From Candidatus Paceibacter sp. (GTDB lineage Bacteria > Patescibacteriota > Patescibacteriia > Magasanikbacterales > UBA922), in assembly GCA_020725175.1 (NCBI GenBank), contig DYFM01000004.1, forward strand, positions 20,015 to 84,014: DNA of 64,000 nucleotides, in the 5' to 3' direction. Positions within the stretch are counted from its first letter, which is position 1. Each line of letters begins with the position of its first letter. This document shows, one piece after another, positions 1-10,351 of the stretch. A model generated the notes under the pieces. The model saw only the letters and a list, made by a program, of their open reading frames with translations. It did not search any database and had not been told where the DNA came from. The position numbers and the translations under genes are program-made.

Positions 1-254
1 GGAACGTCGGTAATATGAAGAGGTGGGTGTTTGTCATCACCATCACAGGTATAGTGCGGAGGAATATAGGAATTTGGCATAAACGCCGGGCTGGTAAGTT
101 TCATCATATAGGATCGGTTAAAAAAAGTTTTTTTCTAAAAAAGAAGAAACACATGGTTGGTATATCCCTGTTTGAAATGATGTGGTACTACATCGTTGTT
201 ACTATTTTGTTACTATGTAGTATAGAGGTATACCAAAGAAATGCAAGGGAAAGA

Positions 255-1607
255 TTAGATGATATCTAATACGCAGAGCCCTTCAATGTGTGGTGTGCGA
301 GGAAAAAAATTGTACAACTTGAGAAACGAGATTTTGTAGGCTTGTCCAAGAAGTCGTATATCACGAGCATGTGTGGCAATGTCGCAGGAGAGATAAATGA
401 TGCGGGGCGGTCGTTTGATGAGAAGTTGTTTTACCACCTCTTGATGGAGTCCGGCTCGGGGTGGGTCGACAATAATCATTGTATTTTCCGCAATGATCTC
501 GGTTATCTTTTCAGCTGGTATACAGCGCGCTTCTGTGTATTGACGACGATTTAAAACAATATTTTCTTTAGCGTATTGAATCGCTTCCTCATTATTGTCC
601 ACCAAAACAGCTTGTTCACGATTGAGTGATAGTGGCAGGCTGATAGATCCGACACCGCTATAGAGGTCAATGATCGGTATGGTCGGGTGCAAAAACGCTG
701 CAATATCCTTGAGTGCCAGCTCAAAAACCGGAACATTTACTTGAAAAAAACTGAGTGCACCAAACTTGAGTGTTGTTCCTAAAAGATGTTCTGTCAAATA
801 ATCTTGTCCGGCAGAGTACAACAATTTGGTTGGTACAGACGCCGGACTTTTGTGCGTGGAATAATAGAGTTGAAAGCCTACCATTGTTTCATTCAGATTT
901 GGATAAGCATCAAAAGACAGTTCGTCTTTGATAAACAGTGCGGCAATCGTAGACCGCTTCGCATCTTTCTTTGTTAAAGAGTCAGTAGAATGATCTCCTT
1001 CTCTGCTCTGAAGCGTGTTGGGAGGTGGAGCAGGCACATCGGCACTTCGAATGATGATACTCTTCAAGCTTCGCATGGAAATTTGGTGCTGGTTGATCCA
1101 TTGTAATATTGACGTGGCTGTTTCGTTGATTTCGTTGGTAGCGAGTGCTGACCCTGAAACCGCAAATCGTTTCTTTTTTCCTCGTTCGAAAAATGCTAGT
1201 GAGATGGTACCATCATCACATTCGGTAAAACTAAATTCCATTTTGTTGCGATACCCATACATGATGTCATCGCTTGCAATTGATATATCTTGTGGACGTA
1301 AAATCAAATCACCGATTTTGGAATACGTTTCCGTGGCAATAGCTCGTTTCCAATAGTGCTCACGATCCGGGTCAAGTATTTGCCATGGACTGGTGGAGAG
1401 AAATGATGGTTCGGTGGGGGTAATTCGTTCCGGGGACGGGTTGAGAATTGTTGTCGCAACCGCCTCAATAATATTGGCTTTCTTTTTCAAAATTTCCACC
1501 TCCACCTCTTCGCCCGGCAACGCATTCCAAACAAACCATGTTTTCCCATCATGGCGAGCGAGGCCTTGGCCGCCATGAACAAGTTTTTCGATAAGAAGTT
1601 TTTGCAT
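255..1607 (-). CDS. rlmD: 23S rRNA (uracil-5-)-methyltransferase, RumA/RlmD family (TRAM domain + SAM-dependent methyltransferase)
   Basis: 450-aa ORF; N-terminal TRAM-like barrel region, SAM-binding stretch 'IIDLYSGVGSISLPL' and C-terminal 'FFPRTPHIE..CVL' typical of RumA/TrmA class; TAA stop. Confidence 0.7.
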   Translation of the reverse strand: MQKLLIEKLVHGGQGLARHDGKTWFVWNALPGEEVEVEILKKKANIIEAVATTILNPSPERITPTEPSFLSTSPWQILDPDREHYWKRAIATETYSKIGDLILRPQDISIASDDIMYGYRNKMEFSFTECDDGTISLAFFERGKKKRFAVSGSALATNEINETATSILQWINQHQISMRSLKSIIIRSADVPAPPPNTLQSREGDHSTDSLTKKDAKRSTIAALFIKDELSFDAYPNLNETMVGFQLYYSTHKSPASVPTKLLYSAGQDYLTEHLLGTTLKFGALSFFQVNVPVFELALKDIAAFLHPTIPIIDLYSGVGSISLPLSLNREQAVLVDNNEEAIQYAKENIVLNRRQYTEARCIPAEKITEIIAENTMIIVDPPRAGLHQEVVKQLLIKRPPRIIYLSCDIATHARDIRLLGQAYKISFLKLYNFFPRTPHIEGLCVLDII

Positions 1608-1734
1608 ATGTCTATCGAATATATTCTTTGGGTAAAGTATTTGATGTGTCCATCCTACCGTAGTACGCGTACTTTTTCAAGCAAGAACCATCGGCTATTG
1701 ACCGATGGTTCTTGCTGACGGGAAGGTGTGGGAG

Positions 1735-2175
1735 TTATTCATCTGTTCGAATGTCTCGTTGCAGGCGTTCCAGTAAGTTGTTGAATCTCTGAAGAGCGTC
1801 GGCACTGTTTGTGCGTACTGCCTGTTCAACTTGTTCAAACTCTTGATCGATTTCGCGAATTTCTTGACGGGTTTCAATTTGAAGTTCAACCGCTTCTGCC
1901 TGAAGTTCTGCTTGAATTTCATTGATTTCGGTGGCTATTTCATCTACATTTTCTTCAGCAACCAAACGAGCGCGAAGAGCCAGGAGTTCCAATCTCGCTT
2001 CCAAAAGAGCGGCACGAATTTGCACGGTGCGAACGGCTTCTTGAGTTTCTTGTTCAACTGTTGGAAGTACATCCTGACCAGCTCGGTTGAAGGCTGTCCA
2101 GCCGAGAATCAATGCGACAATAGCGATAATAAGCGCGATCCATGAGATGGTAGTGGTTTTGGTATCTGTTGCCAT
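1735..2175 (-). CDS. hypothetical membrane-anchored coiled-coil protein
   Basis: 146 aa; N-terminal TM helix (ISWIALIIAIVALILGW) followed by E/Q/R-rich heptad-like sequence. Confidence 0.4.
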   Translation of the reverse strand: MATDTKTTTISWIALIIAIVALILGWTAFNRAGQDVLPTVEQETQEAVRTVQIRAALLEARLELLALRARLVAEENVDEIATEINEIQAELQAEAVELQIETRQEIREIDQEFEQVEQAVRTNSADALQRFNNLLERLQRDIRTDE

Positions 2176-2301
2176 AGGCCTGTGAAAGATTAGTAAACAA
2201 AGGCGGAGGCAATTTTTTTATCTTGTGTATAGGACAAAAGACGTGTGCCTATCTATACGGTATAGTACCAGCATTAGAAAAGAAGTCAAATGAGAGAAAA
2301 A

Positions 2302-3213
2302 TCAAAAAAAGCGTTTCCGAAACTTTTCTGTCCAGGTAGCCTGTTCGGACAGAATCGGCCGTTTATTTTTTTTGGTATACACGTACAGAAATGTTGCTCC
2401 TAGAAACAACACTTGCGCGGAGTAGTAAACCCATAAAATGAGAAGAATAACTGAACCGGCGGCTCCGTAAAAAGAAATAAGATTACTGTGTGAGAGATAG
2501 AGAGACATTAGCGACTTTCCCAAAATAAACATCAGTCCGGTACCGAGTCCTCCAATCAACGCGTCTTTGAATCGTAGCGAGCTTTCGGGGAGAAGAAAAA
2601 ATAAAAAGGTAAAGAAAAAAATGATGAGGATAGAGGAGATAATGAAACTGAGCGTACTGAAAAATACCAAGGGAAGAGGAGTGGTCGTAAGAACCGATTG
2701 AGCGAGAGAAAGAATAGTTTCGGAGAGAACGGCTGTCAAAAACAATCCGCCGCCAACAAACACCATGACGCTTGATAATATTCGTGCGGCTACACGGTGA
2801 CGAACCGAGCGGTCTTTTGGTGATGCTATATGCCAAACATCATGCAAAGCTTTTTTGAGATGCCCAAACAAGGTGGTGGCAATAAAGAAGAAAATAATCA
2901 AACTTATGCTTCCGGCAATACTACTTACCTCCGGCTGTGGAAGCCTTTGGATTATTTGTTCTACGGCACTAGCTACGGTAGGGGTAATAAACGCGCTGAT
3001 TTGAGCTAATAATTGATCACGAGTAACTTGTTCGCCTAGGATAATTGCCAACAGCGAAATGAGAACAATGAGCAAGGGAGGGAGCGCTAGAATCGCATAA
3101 AACGATAGTGCACTGCCAAGACGGGAGACATTATCATCTTTCCACTTGGAATACACTGATGCAAAAAAAGTTTTACCACTGGCGAGGCGCATAGTACGTG
3201 GGGTACATATCAA
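2302..3213 (-). CDS. YihY/BrkB family inner-membrane protein
   Basis: 303 aa, 6 predicted TM segments, 'LSFYAILALPPLLIVLISL' signature of YihY/virulence-factor BrkB family; real start may be internal Met near 3189. Confidence 0.65.
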   Translation of the reverse strand: MICTPRTMRLASGKTFFASVYSKWKDDNVSRLGSALSFYAILALPPLLIVLISLLAIILGEQVTRDQLLAQISAFITPTVASAVEQIIQRLPQPEVSSIAGSISLIIFFFIATTLFGHLKKALHDVWHIASPKDRSVRHRVAARILSSVMVFVGGGLFLTAVLSETILSLAQSVLTTTPLPLVFFSTLSFIISSILIIFFFTFLFFLLPESSLRFKDALIGGLGTGLMFILGKSLMSLYLSHSNLISFYGAAGSVILLILWVYYSAQVLFLGATFLYVYTKKNKRPILSEQATWTEKFRKRFF

Positions 3214-3276
3214 ATGAAAGAAATTGCCTTTTTTGAAAGTATAGCAAAAAAAGCTGTGTTATTCCAGGATATATAC

Positions 3277-3747
3277 CTATGATACTCGATACTGGGGCAC
3301 TTGCTGTTGAAGAATTTTTGTGGCGAGTGTGTATAGATCTTGTTCATCCTTGTGTACCACATTTCCATATGTGTACATAATTGATATATTTGGTAGGTGG
3401 TCATGGAAATATCGAGATACAATGTTTTTTTCCGTGACTGGAACGGTTACAACCATATGACGGTACTCATGTTCTCTCCATAATGCAGCAGTTTGTTCCG
3501 CTACGGATTTGAAGTGGTGCTTGGCTTCTTCTTGCCAAGTCCAGTTGTCATGACTTGGTGCTCCGGCACGAACTGTGGTTCCACCGCGACCACTGGTTCG
3601 AAAAAATCCTTCATTATCAGAATACGTACTTTGGGGTTCGTGCAATTCGGTTATCTTTTGTATAGATCCTTCTTCTATGTAGTACCAGACTGCGGTATGT
3701 GTATTGGTACAGAGATATAAAATAGGATATCGAGTTACATAGCGCAT
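3277..3747 (-). CDS. hypothetical protein
   Basis: 156-aa ORF with coding-like composition, no motif recognised. Confidence 0.3.
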   Translation of the reverse strand: MRYVTRYPILYLCTNTHTAVWYYIEEGSIQKITELHEPQSTYSDNEGFFRTSGRGGTTVRAGAPSHDNWTWQEEAKHHFKSVAEQTAALWREHEYRHMVVTVPVTEKNIVSRYFHDHLPNISIMYTYGNVVHKDEQDLYTLATKILQQQVPQYRVS

Positions 3748-4313
3748 AAAAAAGATTTAGGAGAATAATGAAGTAATAGTAGGTGTATGATTGATGGATA
3801 CCTCCAAGAAAGAAAGGTGGAGTTCATGTATAAACAAAAAAAACTGCCAAATGGCATCCAATTGTCTGCATAACATGTTCTATGTACCACCTTTTCCCTT
3901 TTTCCCCATGGACTTGGGTATGTGATTGGTTTGTCCAAAAATAGAAAACAGAAGTATATGATAGTTTCATTCATTTTAGGTCGTCATAGTGGCGACAGTT
4001 TCCGGGCTGTCACCGTTATCATGAAGGCGCCCGAACCATAACTCGTGTTTACCGCAATATGTGCCTCCGCATATTGGGTAGACAGTCGTGGTCCGAGCCG
4101 CCTTCTGATAATCGGCATACCATCCTCATTCATAACGGTCTTTCATTGTGTACGATTCTCCCAGTCGGCCGAGATATAGCTCAGTGAGGTGCATCACCGC
4201 ATGCTACCTACTCAAACCTTCCAGCAAGAGGTATCAATGAAATATATTGTTTCATATCACACGGCGTACAGAAATGTTCACCGCGGTTGATATGTAAAAA
4301 GGGAAGGGGCGGT

Positions 4314-4655
4314 TCAATGCAGACCATCGGATGTGATACCGTTTCTTTCCAATACATCTTCAATCAAGATTACTGAGCGGTTGTACTCCTGTATTAAGCC
4401 TTGCCAGGCATCGTCCAACCGGTGTTTCTTGTCTATCCACTTGGTGTGATCGCGTTGACTATTCTCAAGAAGCTCATCAAGAAGTCGTTGGCGTTCTTTT
4501 CGTAGTAGGAGTATTTTTTGCAGAACCTGCGACCGCTTATCGGAGTATGAATGGAGAGTTTTTTGTTCCAACTGGTCAATTTTTTTCCCCAGATTAACCA
4601 ATTTTATCTCCATTTGTTGCCGGTAAATGTGTTCTATGGTCATAAGAAGGTTCAA
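4314..4655 (-). CDS. hypothetical coiled-coil protein
   Basis: 113-aa ORF rich in charged heptads. Confidence 0.3.
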   Translation of the reverse strand: MNLLMTIEHIYRQQMEIKLVNLGKKIDQLEQKTLHSYSDKRSQVLQKILLLRKERQRLLDELLENSQRDHTKWIDKKHRLDDAWQGLIQEYNRSVILIEDVLERNGITSDGLH

Positions 4656-4894
4656 GGTTTGTTTTTGTTGCTCAGTGTATGTACCATAACAATTCTACTT
4701 TTAGCTGTCAAGTATATATTGAAAAAGTTATACACATTTATAAATAATATCATGTAATTTATATAAAAATAGAAAAAGTTTATCTACAGGTTGGGTAAAA
4801 AAATTGATTGATTAAGTCTAAATACTGTGGTATGATTTTAATGTACCTGAGACAAGCGTTGAAGGTATGAAATTTTTACAGAACATCAACCGGT

Positions 4895-6169
4895 ATGATT
4901 CGTAGTCTTATCAATCACCACATTCTCAGTGATCTCGAAAAAGAGAGCCTTTTTATCATTCAGGGATCACGCGGAGTGGGAAAGACTGAGCTTTTGCAAG
5001 AGTTGCAGCAAACTTTTCAAGCTCAAGGCAGAACCGCTGTACTGATCGACGTGTATCGAGAACGATTTAGTCCAAAGTTTGATTCACCGGAACGTTTTTA
5101 CGATTTTTTGCGCAACAATTTTTCCATGTCAGAAAAAGAGCCGTTATATCTTCTGTTTGATAATGTCAACGCACTTGATAAAATTGCTCACTTTCTGGCG
5201 TATCTACATGATATTTTAGGGAGAACCGTAAAATTGTTTTGTACCACCTCTATTGCGCTAGGTTCGGTGGTGTTGGATGAAAAAACCAAAAAAGAAGCCC
5301 GAGTGTATACGCTTCATCCATATTCTTGGTATGAATACATGAGTGTTGTTTCCGATCATGTATATGATGTTTCTTTGCCATGGAACAATGAATCAGCTTT
5401 GCGAGACTTTTATAAAACTCACCAACGAGATCTGGAGAAGCAGTTTCCGGCATATTTGCGCTGGGGTGGATATCCGCAAGTCGTGCGAGCAAAAAATTCC
5501 GCAGCCAAGCAAGAAGCGATGCACGAGGTGATTGATAATTATTTGGAGCGAGATGCAACATACTTTTTGCGTACGCCACAGTTGAGAACCTTTTTGTCTT
5601 TTTTGCGGTTACTGGCAACAGAATCTACAGAACTGTTCAACCATGATGATGTAAGTATGCGGTTGCGATTGCACAAAAAGACGCTGGCGAAGTATGTCCA
5701 CATTGCGTCTTCTACATTTATGTTCAACTTTATTCCACCGTTTTTTACCGATGGGAGAAGAGAAATGAGTAAAATGATGAAGATTTATCCGCACGATCTT
5801 GGCCTTACTTCCACTCTATCCGGTGGAGTGCAGGTGCGTTATGGAGAAGAAGTGTTTGATGAAACCATGATAAAAAACTTTGTCTTCACTGAACTAAACA
5901 AAAATCGAACTATAAAGCAACTACAGTTTTACCGTACAATTGCAAAAGCCGAGATTGATTTTGTTGCTCATGTTGATGACAATCATGTCATGCCAATTGA
6001 AATAGCGTGGCGTCAAGGCAAGCAAAAAGCATCGGTAGCTATGAAAAATTTTGTAAAAAAATATGAAGATCGGGTGAAGCAGGTTGTAGTTTTGACCCAG
6101 GATGATTTGCGACAAGAAGGAAAATATTTGTTTGTACCGGTACTGGTACTTCCATTTTTGGAATTTTGA
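4895..6169 (+). CDS. AAA+ ATPase with C-terminal DUF4143 domain (AAA_14/DUF4143 family)
   Basis: Walker A 'GSRGVGKTEL', Walker B-like 'LYLLFDNV'; C-terminal half matches DUF4143 architecture; AT-rich upstream region; followed by bidirectional terminator. Confidence 0.7.
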   Translation: MIRSLINHHILSDLEKESLFIIQGSRGVGKTELLQELQQTFQAQGRTAVLIDVYRERFSPKFDSPERFYDFLRNNFSMSEKEPLYLLFDNVNALDKIAHFLAYLHDILGRTVKLFCTTSIALGSVVLDEKTKKEARVYTLHPYSWYEYMSVVSDHVYDVSLPWNNESALRDFYKTHQRDLEKQFPAYLRWGGYPQVVRAKNSAAKQEAMHEVIDNYLERDATYFLRTPQLRTFLSFLRLLATESTELFNHDDVSMRLRLHKKTLAKYVHIASSTFMFNFIPPFFTDGRREMSKMMKIYPHDLGLTSTLSGGVQVRYGEEVFDETMIKNFVFTELNKNRTIKQLQFYRTIAKAEIDFVAHVDDNHVMPIEIAWRQGKQKASVAMKNFVKKYEDRVKQVVVLTQDDLRQEGKYLFVPVLVLPFLEF

Positions 6170-6208
6170 ACATGTGGATAGTACGGATGGTAACGCTGAT
6201 TATGCGGA

Positions 6209-6238
6209 TAAAAAAACGAGAATAACTCTCGTTTTTTT
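6209..6238. terminator. bidirectional rho-independent terminator (A7-ACGAGA-ataac-TCTCGT-T7)
   Basis: 6-bp stem flanked by A7 and T7 tracts between convergent genes 4895..6169(+) and 6393..7604(-). Confidence 0.6.
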
Positions 6239-6392
6239 GTAATATTTTTTCGGCTTGGGTGTTCTTGGGGGTGCTGTATTGTCGATGGGAATACTATTGT
6301 AGAATGTAAATACGTATGTAGTGTAGTGGTGGAGTGATGAAATGATGTAGTGTTGTAGTGATGTAGTGGTGTAGTGTATTAGTGTTGCGGTG

Positions 6393-7604
6393 CTACTGAG
6401 TGATAATGTCATTATGCTGTAACGCTTGTGTCAACTTTGCCAGCGTGCGAACGGTGTATACAATATCTTTTTTGGTTGTCTTTTTCCCCATAGTAAAGCG
6501 AAGGGAAGAAGCTGCATCTTTGGGATTTCTTCCGATCGCAGACAGTACATGAGAAGCTTCTGGCTCTCCGGTGGCGCAAGCAGAGCCGCTGGAACAATAA
6601 ATACCGTACGCATTGAGATAGATGATGAGTGCTTCGGCATCTACACCTGGAATGAGGACATTGACATTGTTCACCAATCGTTGACCTGATTGTAATCCCG
6701 GCCCATTGTAAAGAATTGAGGGAATATGTTGTTGAAGTTGATACCAAAAATACTGTTGCAGATCAGCCAATCGGCGAACTTCTTTTGATTTATGTTTTTC
6801 CGCAAGAGCAAGAGCGGTGGCTATCCCAACAATGCCGGGAACATGTTCAGTTCCACTTCTCAGGTGCATTTCTTGTCCGCCACCATAGAGTAGTGGGGTA
6901 AGAGTTGTATGCTTTCTTTTATAGAGCACGCCAATTCCTTTTGGACCGTAGAGTTTGCTTCCATTAAACGAGAGTAAGTCTACATGTAACTTTTCAACAT
7001 CAAGTAAGAGTGTAGTGGTTGCTTGGGATGCATCAGTATGAAAGTATGGGAAGACTGTTTTGTTCTCTTTCCTGTGCTTTAAAATCATTCTTCCAATATC
7101 GGCAAGCGGATATATGGTACCAATTTCATTGTTGGCATACATGAGAGACACAAGAATCGTTTCCTTTTTCAGAGCCTTTTTCAAACTTGTTAGAGAAAGT
7201 TGACCGTCCGTATCTACCGGAAGGTATGTAACTTCAAAACCTTCGTTTTCGAGTACTCGTAGCGCTTCCAACGCAGCCGGGTGTTCTACCCGAGAAGTAA
7301 TGATGTGGTTACCGTGTTTATGGTGTGCGCGAGCGGTACCGAGTATCGCGGTATTGATAGACTCAGTTGCGCCGCTGGTAAAAAAAATACTGTACGGTTC
7401 GGTGTGAAGAATGTCTGCTATGGTGCGCCGGGCAGTTTGGATAGCGTTGCTAGCTACTACTCCAAGGGAGTGAAGTGAAGAAGGGTTACCATAGTATTTT
7501 GTAAAGTACGGCAGCATCGCTTTTACGACTTTTGGGTCCGTGGGGGTGGTGGCAGCATGGTCGAGATAGATGTGGGGGATTTTTTTTGGTTTAGGAGGAA
7601 GCAT
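6393..7604 (-). CDS. iscS: cysteine desulfurase (IscS/NifS family, PLP-dependent)
   Basis: 403 aa; 'IYLDHAATTP', 'FTSGATESIN', PLP-lysine region 'SFNGSKLYGPKGIGVLY', active-site loop 'SSGSACATG'; TAG stop. Confidence 0.85.
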   Translation of the reverse strand: MLPPKPKKIPHIYLDHAATTPTDPKVVKAMLPYFTKYYGNPSSLHSLGVVASNAIQTARRTIADILHTEPYSIFFTSGATESINTAILGTARAHHKHGNHIITSRVEHPAALEALRVLENEGFEVTYLPVDTDGQLSLTSLKKALKKETILVSLMYANNEIGTIYPLADIGRMILKHRKENKTVFPYFHTDASQATTTLLLDVEKLHVDLLSFNGSKLYGPKGIGVLYKRKHTTLTPLLYGGGQEMHLRSGTEHVPGIVGIATALALAEKHKSKEVRRLADLQQYFWYQLQQHIPSILYNGPGLQSGQRLVNNVNVLIPGVDAEALIIYLNAYGIYCSSGSACATGEPEASHVLSAIGRNPKDAASSLRFTMGKKTTKKDIVYTVRTLAKLTQALQHNDIITQ

Positions 7605-7616
7605 AAGGAGTGAAAT

Positions 7617-7656
7617 TGAGAAACGTATAAAACCGATAAAACTTGTAAAACAGATA
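7617..7656. repeat. four phased ATAAAAC/GTTTTAT heptamers (about 10-bp spacing) in iscS upstream region
   Basis: 'gtATAAAACcgATAAAACttgtAAAACagATAAAACtttt' directly upstream of the iscS start codon. Confidence 0.5.
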
Positions 7657-7838
7657 AAACTTTTATATTAGAAAAAGAAGTTTTATAATAGGGGTTCGTA
7701 TGAATTGGTGTATGTTCTGAATTGTACGATAATTTGGCACTATCATAACATGGAGTGAATGGAAGTTCAATTTTTCTTTTCATGATGAAAAAACCGACCA
7801 AGCGGTGGTCGGAAGTAGGAGGGTAGACAGGTGGTTTT

Positions 7839-8300
7839 TTATTGTTCTGTACTTAGGAGTGAATCAATGGTAGTGGCAATTTCTTCCGGTTTGGTGATAA
7901 GTGCTTCCGGGTTTGATTGATTGAGAAGGTACCGATCTTCCATTCCCCAGGTTACCGCAATACTTCGGACATTGATGCGATGGGCAGCCTCAACATCAAC
8001 ACGTCTGTCAGTAACAAAAAAGGCATGATCTTTGGCAACGTGATAGAGGTCGAGCGCGTGTTGCATTTGTTCGGCTTTGGTTACTCCAGCTTCGTAGCCG
8101 ACAACATCAGCAAAGCAAGAGAGGAGATGGTGTTCTCTCAGTACATCTTGAATAGCTTCTCTTGTGGTGGAGGAAATAATAATGAGCGTAAATTGTTTAC
8201 TGAGTTCTCGGATCGATTCTTCCATTCCTTCAACAACAGCACCTCGAACAACAATGGTACCGGCGTAGTCAAAAAAAATGATAGGGCGACCGAGGGGCAT
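7839..8300 (-). CDS. HAD-superfamily hydrolase (phosphatase-like)
   Basis: 153 aa; motif I 'IFFDYAGTI', motif II 'IIISSTT', motif III/IV 'FFVTDRRVDVEAA' typical of HAD subfamily IA; terminator hairpin at 7790-7815. Confidence 0.65.
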   Translation of the reverse strand: MPLGRPIIFFDYAGTIVVRGAVVEGMEESIRELSKQFTLIIISSTTREAIQDVLREHHLLSCFADVVGYEAGVTKAEQMQHALDLYHVAKDHAFFVTDRRVDVEAAHRINVRSIAVTWGMEDRYLLNQSNPEALITKPEEIATTIDSLLSTEQ

Positions 8301-8413
8301 AGAAAAGTGCTTGTCATGAATAAAAAAAGTCGATAGGACTAAAAAGTAAACAAGACTATGTGTTAGATTCTATCGTAAACTATTTTTTTTCAATTGGCAA
8401 CAGTTTGGATGTA

Positions 8414-8920
8414 TTATGATAAAGAAAGAGCGAACGTAAATAGATCATCTCCTTTTTGGTAAAAGTGTTTAATACGCCCTACTTCTTTAAAACCAAGTTT
8501 CTGATACACCGTCCTAGTGCGGCGATAGTGAGGGGTGCCGGAGGTTTCGGCACGGAGCACGAGTGCACCTTTTGGTTGTAATGTAGCGATAAGGGAATTG
8601 AGGAGTTGGCGCGCTATTCCTTGTCCTTGAAATTTGGGATGAACAGCGAGCCAGTAGAGATCATAGGTGGTTTTGGTAAGTGGTGTTGGTCCAAAACAAA
8701 CATAACCAACAATGTGTTGATTATGTTTGGCTACTAACACATGATATCCATGTTTACGACTATCTTTGAGAGCAAGGCGGATGAGATCACAGGCCACTTT
8801 TTTTTCTGAACTGGAAAACTCAGAAATGCTGTCAATCAAACTGTATAGAGCTCGACGGTCAGCCGGTTTTGCGTTGGTGGTATGAAAGATTTGTGATGAG
8901 CGAAGTGGTGTGTGTTTCAT
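8414..8920 (-). CDS. GNAT-family N-acetyltransferase
   Basis: 168 aa; acetyl-CoA binding 'LAVHPKFQGQGIARQLL' (Q/RxxGxG/A) motif. Confidence 0.75.
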   Translation of the reverse strand: MKHTPLRSSQIFHTTNAKPADRRALYSLIDSISEFSSSEKKVACDLIRLALKDSRKHGYHVLVAKHNQHIVGYVCFGPTPLTKTTYDLYWLAVHPKFQGQGIARQLLNSLIATLQPKGALVLRAETSGTPHYRRTRTVYQKLGFKEVGRIKHFYQKGDDLFTFALSLS

Positions 8921-10110
8921 AAAGCAGGAATGGGTGATGTGTTTGTGTTTGGAAGCTGATTTGGTTCTGTAAGTGAAAGTAACAGGTCTAGAAAATTATG
9001 AAAGTGACCCATGCGTTTGCTCGGTACGCGTGCGGCGATACCTGCTTCAATAATTTCACCAATAAGTTGCCGATAGGACATTCCGTTTCGAGCGGCGGTT
9101 TTGGCAAGTCCAGCTTCAGGATCGAGATCGCAGTTTGGGTTGACATCAATAACATATGGCGTACCGGTGTTATCGAGTCGTATATCAATGCGACTGTAAC
9201 CAGTAAGAAACATTGCTTTGGCTACTGCTTTTGCTGTGTGTTCAATCTGTGCTTGCTCGGTCTTAGTCAGTTGGGCCGCTTCAGACACCGTTCCTTCGTA
9301 TTCCGGAGAACCCGGTACCCATTTACTGGCGTAGGTGACAATTTTTGGAAGATGCGCATGAAGTTTTGAAAAGTTTATTTCTCCTATACCGAGTATTTTT
9401 ACTTGTTTGTGTCCGAGAAGTGAGACAGAAATTTCTCGACCGTCAATAAATTCTTGTACTAGGGCTGCTTGGTTGCATTCTTTCAAAATTTTTTTTACTT
9501 GCTGTTCAAGTTCGTGCTGTGAATATACAACGGAAGCTGATTCAATTCCGGTAGATCCGTCTTCTCGATTAGGTTTGACGATTCGGGGAAATGATTCATA
9601 AACTGGCAATTGTTTCAGCTTTCTTATGAGGTCGGAATGTGGAACAGTGACGTCGTGTTTACGAAGTCTTTCTGTTGTTCGAAATTTGTTGAGACACAGA
9701 GATAGTGTACGAGGATGATTGCCGGTGTAGGGAATATTTGAAGCATGAAGGAGAGAGGCAACACGAGCTTCAAAGCGGGCATCCTTGTTGAGAGACTCAC
9801 ATAAATTAAAAATAAGCGAAGAAGAATTCGCTTGTTGTTTGAGGCATTGTTTTACATCATCGAGAGTTTGAACCGGAACAAGAGAGGTGTTCAGTCCGCA
9901 AATATTTGTCAGAACATCGGAAATATGTTGGGCTACCGAGAGGACACTGGCGCGGGCCGTTTCCCCTTGAAGTATGTCGGACGAACTAAATGGATCTTCC
10001 GGCTCATTTGGTATGTCTGTTGAAGAAGTTGATACGTCAAAATCTTGATTGTACAAGATGGTTACATGAGTTGGATTTTGAATAGACTGAGAGGTGGGTA
10101 CAGGTGACAT
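8917..10110 (-). CDS. ATP-grasp enzyme of the D-alanine--D-alanine ligase superfamily with about 130-aa N-terminal extension
   Basis: 397 aa; 'IVKPNREDGSTGI', 'EFIDGREISVSLLG', 'YVIDVNPNCDL' ATP-grasp signature; 4-nt overlap (ATGA) with downstream GNAT gene. Confidence 0.65.
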   Translation of the reverse strand: MSPVPTSQSIQNPTHVTILYNQDFDVSTSSTDIPNEPEDPFSSSDILQGETARASVLSVAQHISDVLTNICGLNTSLVPVQTLDDVKQCLKQQANSSSLIFNLCESLNKDARFEARVASLLHASNIPYTGNHPRTLSLCLNKFRTTERLRKHDVTVPHSDLIRKLKQLPVYESFPRIVKPNREDGSTGIESASVVYSQHELEQQVKKILKECNQAALVQEFIDGREISVSLLGHKQVKILGIGEINFSKLHAHLPKIVTYASKWVPGSPEYEGTVSEAAQLTKTEQAQIEHTAKAVAKAMFLTGYSRIDIRLDNTGTPYVIDVNPNCDLDPEAGLAKTAARNGMSYRQLIGEIIEAGIAARVPSKRMGHFHNFLDLLLSLTEPNQLPNTNTSPIPAL

Positions 10111-10351
10111 AGGGTGCCCATCAGGGCAGATAGAATTGGTGTAAAAAATAATAACCGTATTGTAACACGTCGGTAAGCGCTGTCAAGGAGAAAAGTGTTA
10201 TAAAACTTATAAAACTATACCTCCTTCATGTCGGTAAAAAAAGTTTCCTTTGTTTACTGTAGAAAGTGTGTCTCCGTTGTTTTTTCTGTGTGATAGTTTT
10301 ATCTGTTTTGTATGCTTTATCTACTGCTTAGTCCTATGCGTTTTGCATGCT

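Noticed and set aside
1690-1722. Rho-independent terminator at the 13-bp hairpin caagaaccatcgg…ccgatggttcttg
   Set aside because: Neither strand has a U-tract on the 3' side of the hairpin (the T-run precedes it on plus). It is kept only as a stable stem-loop.
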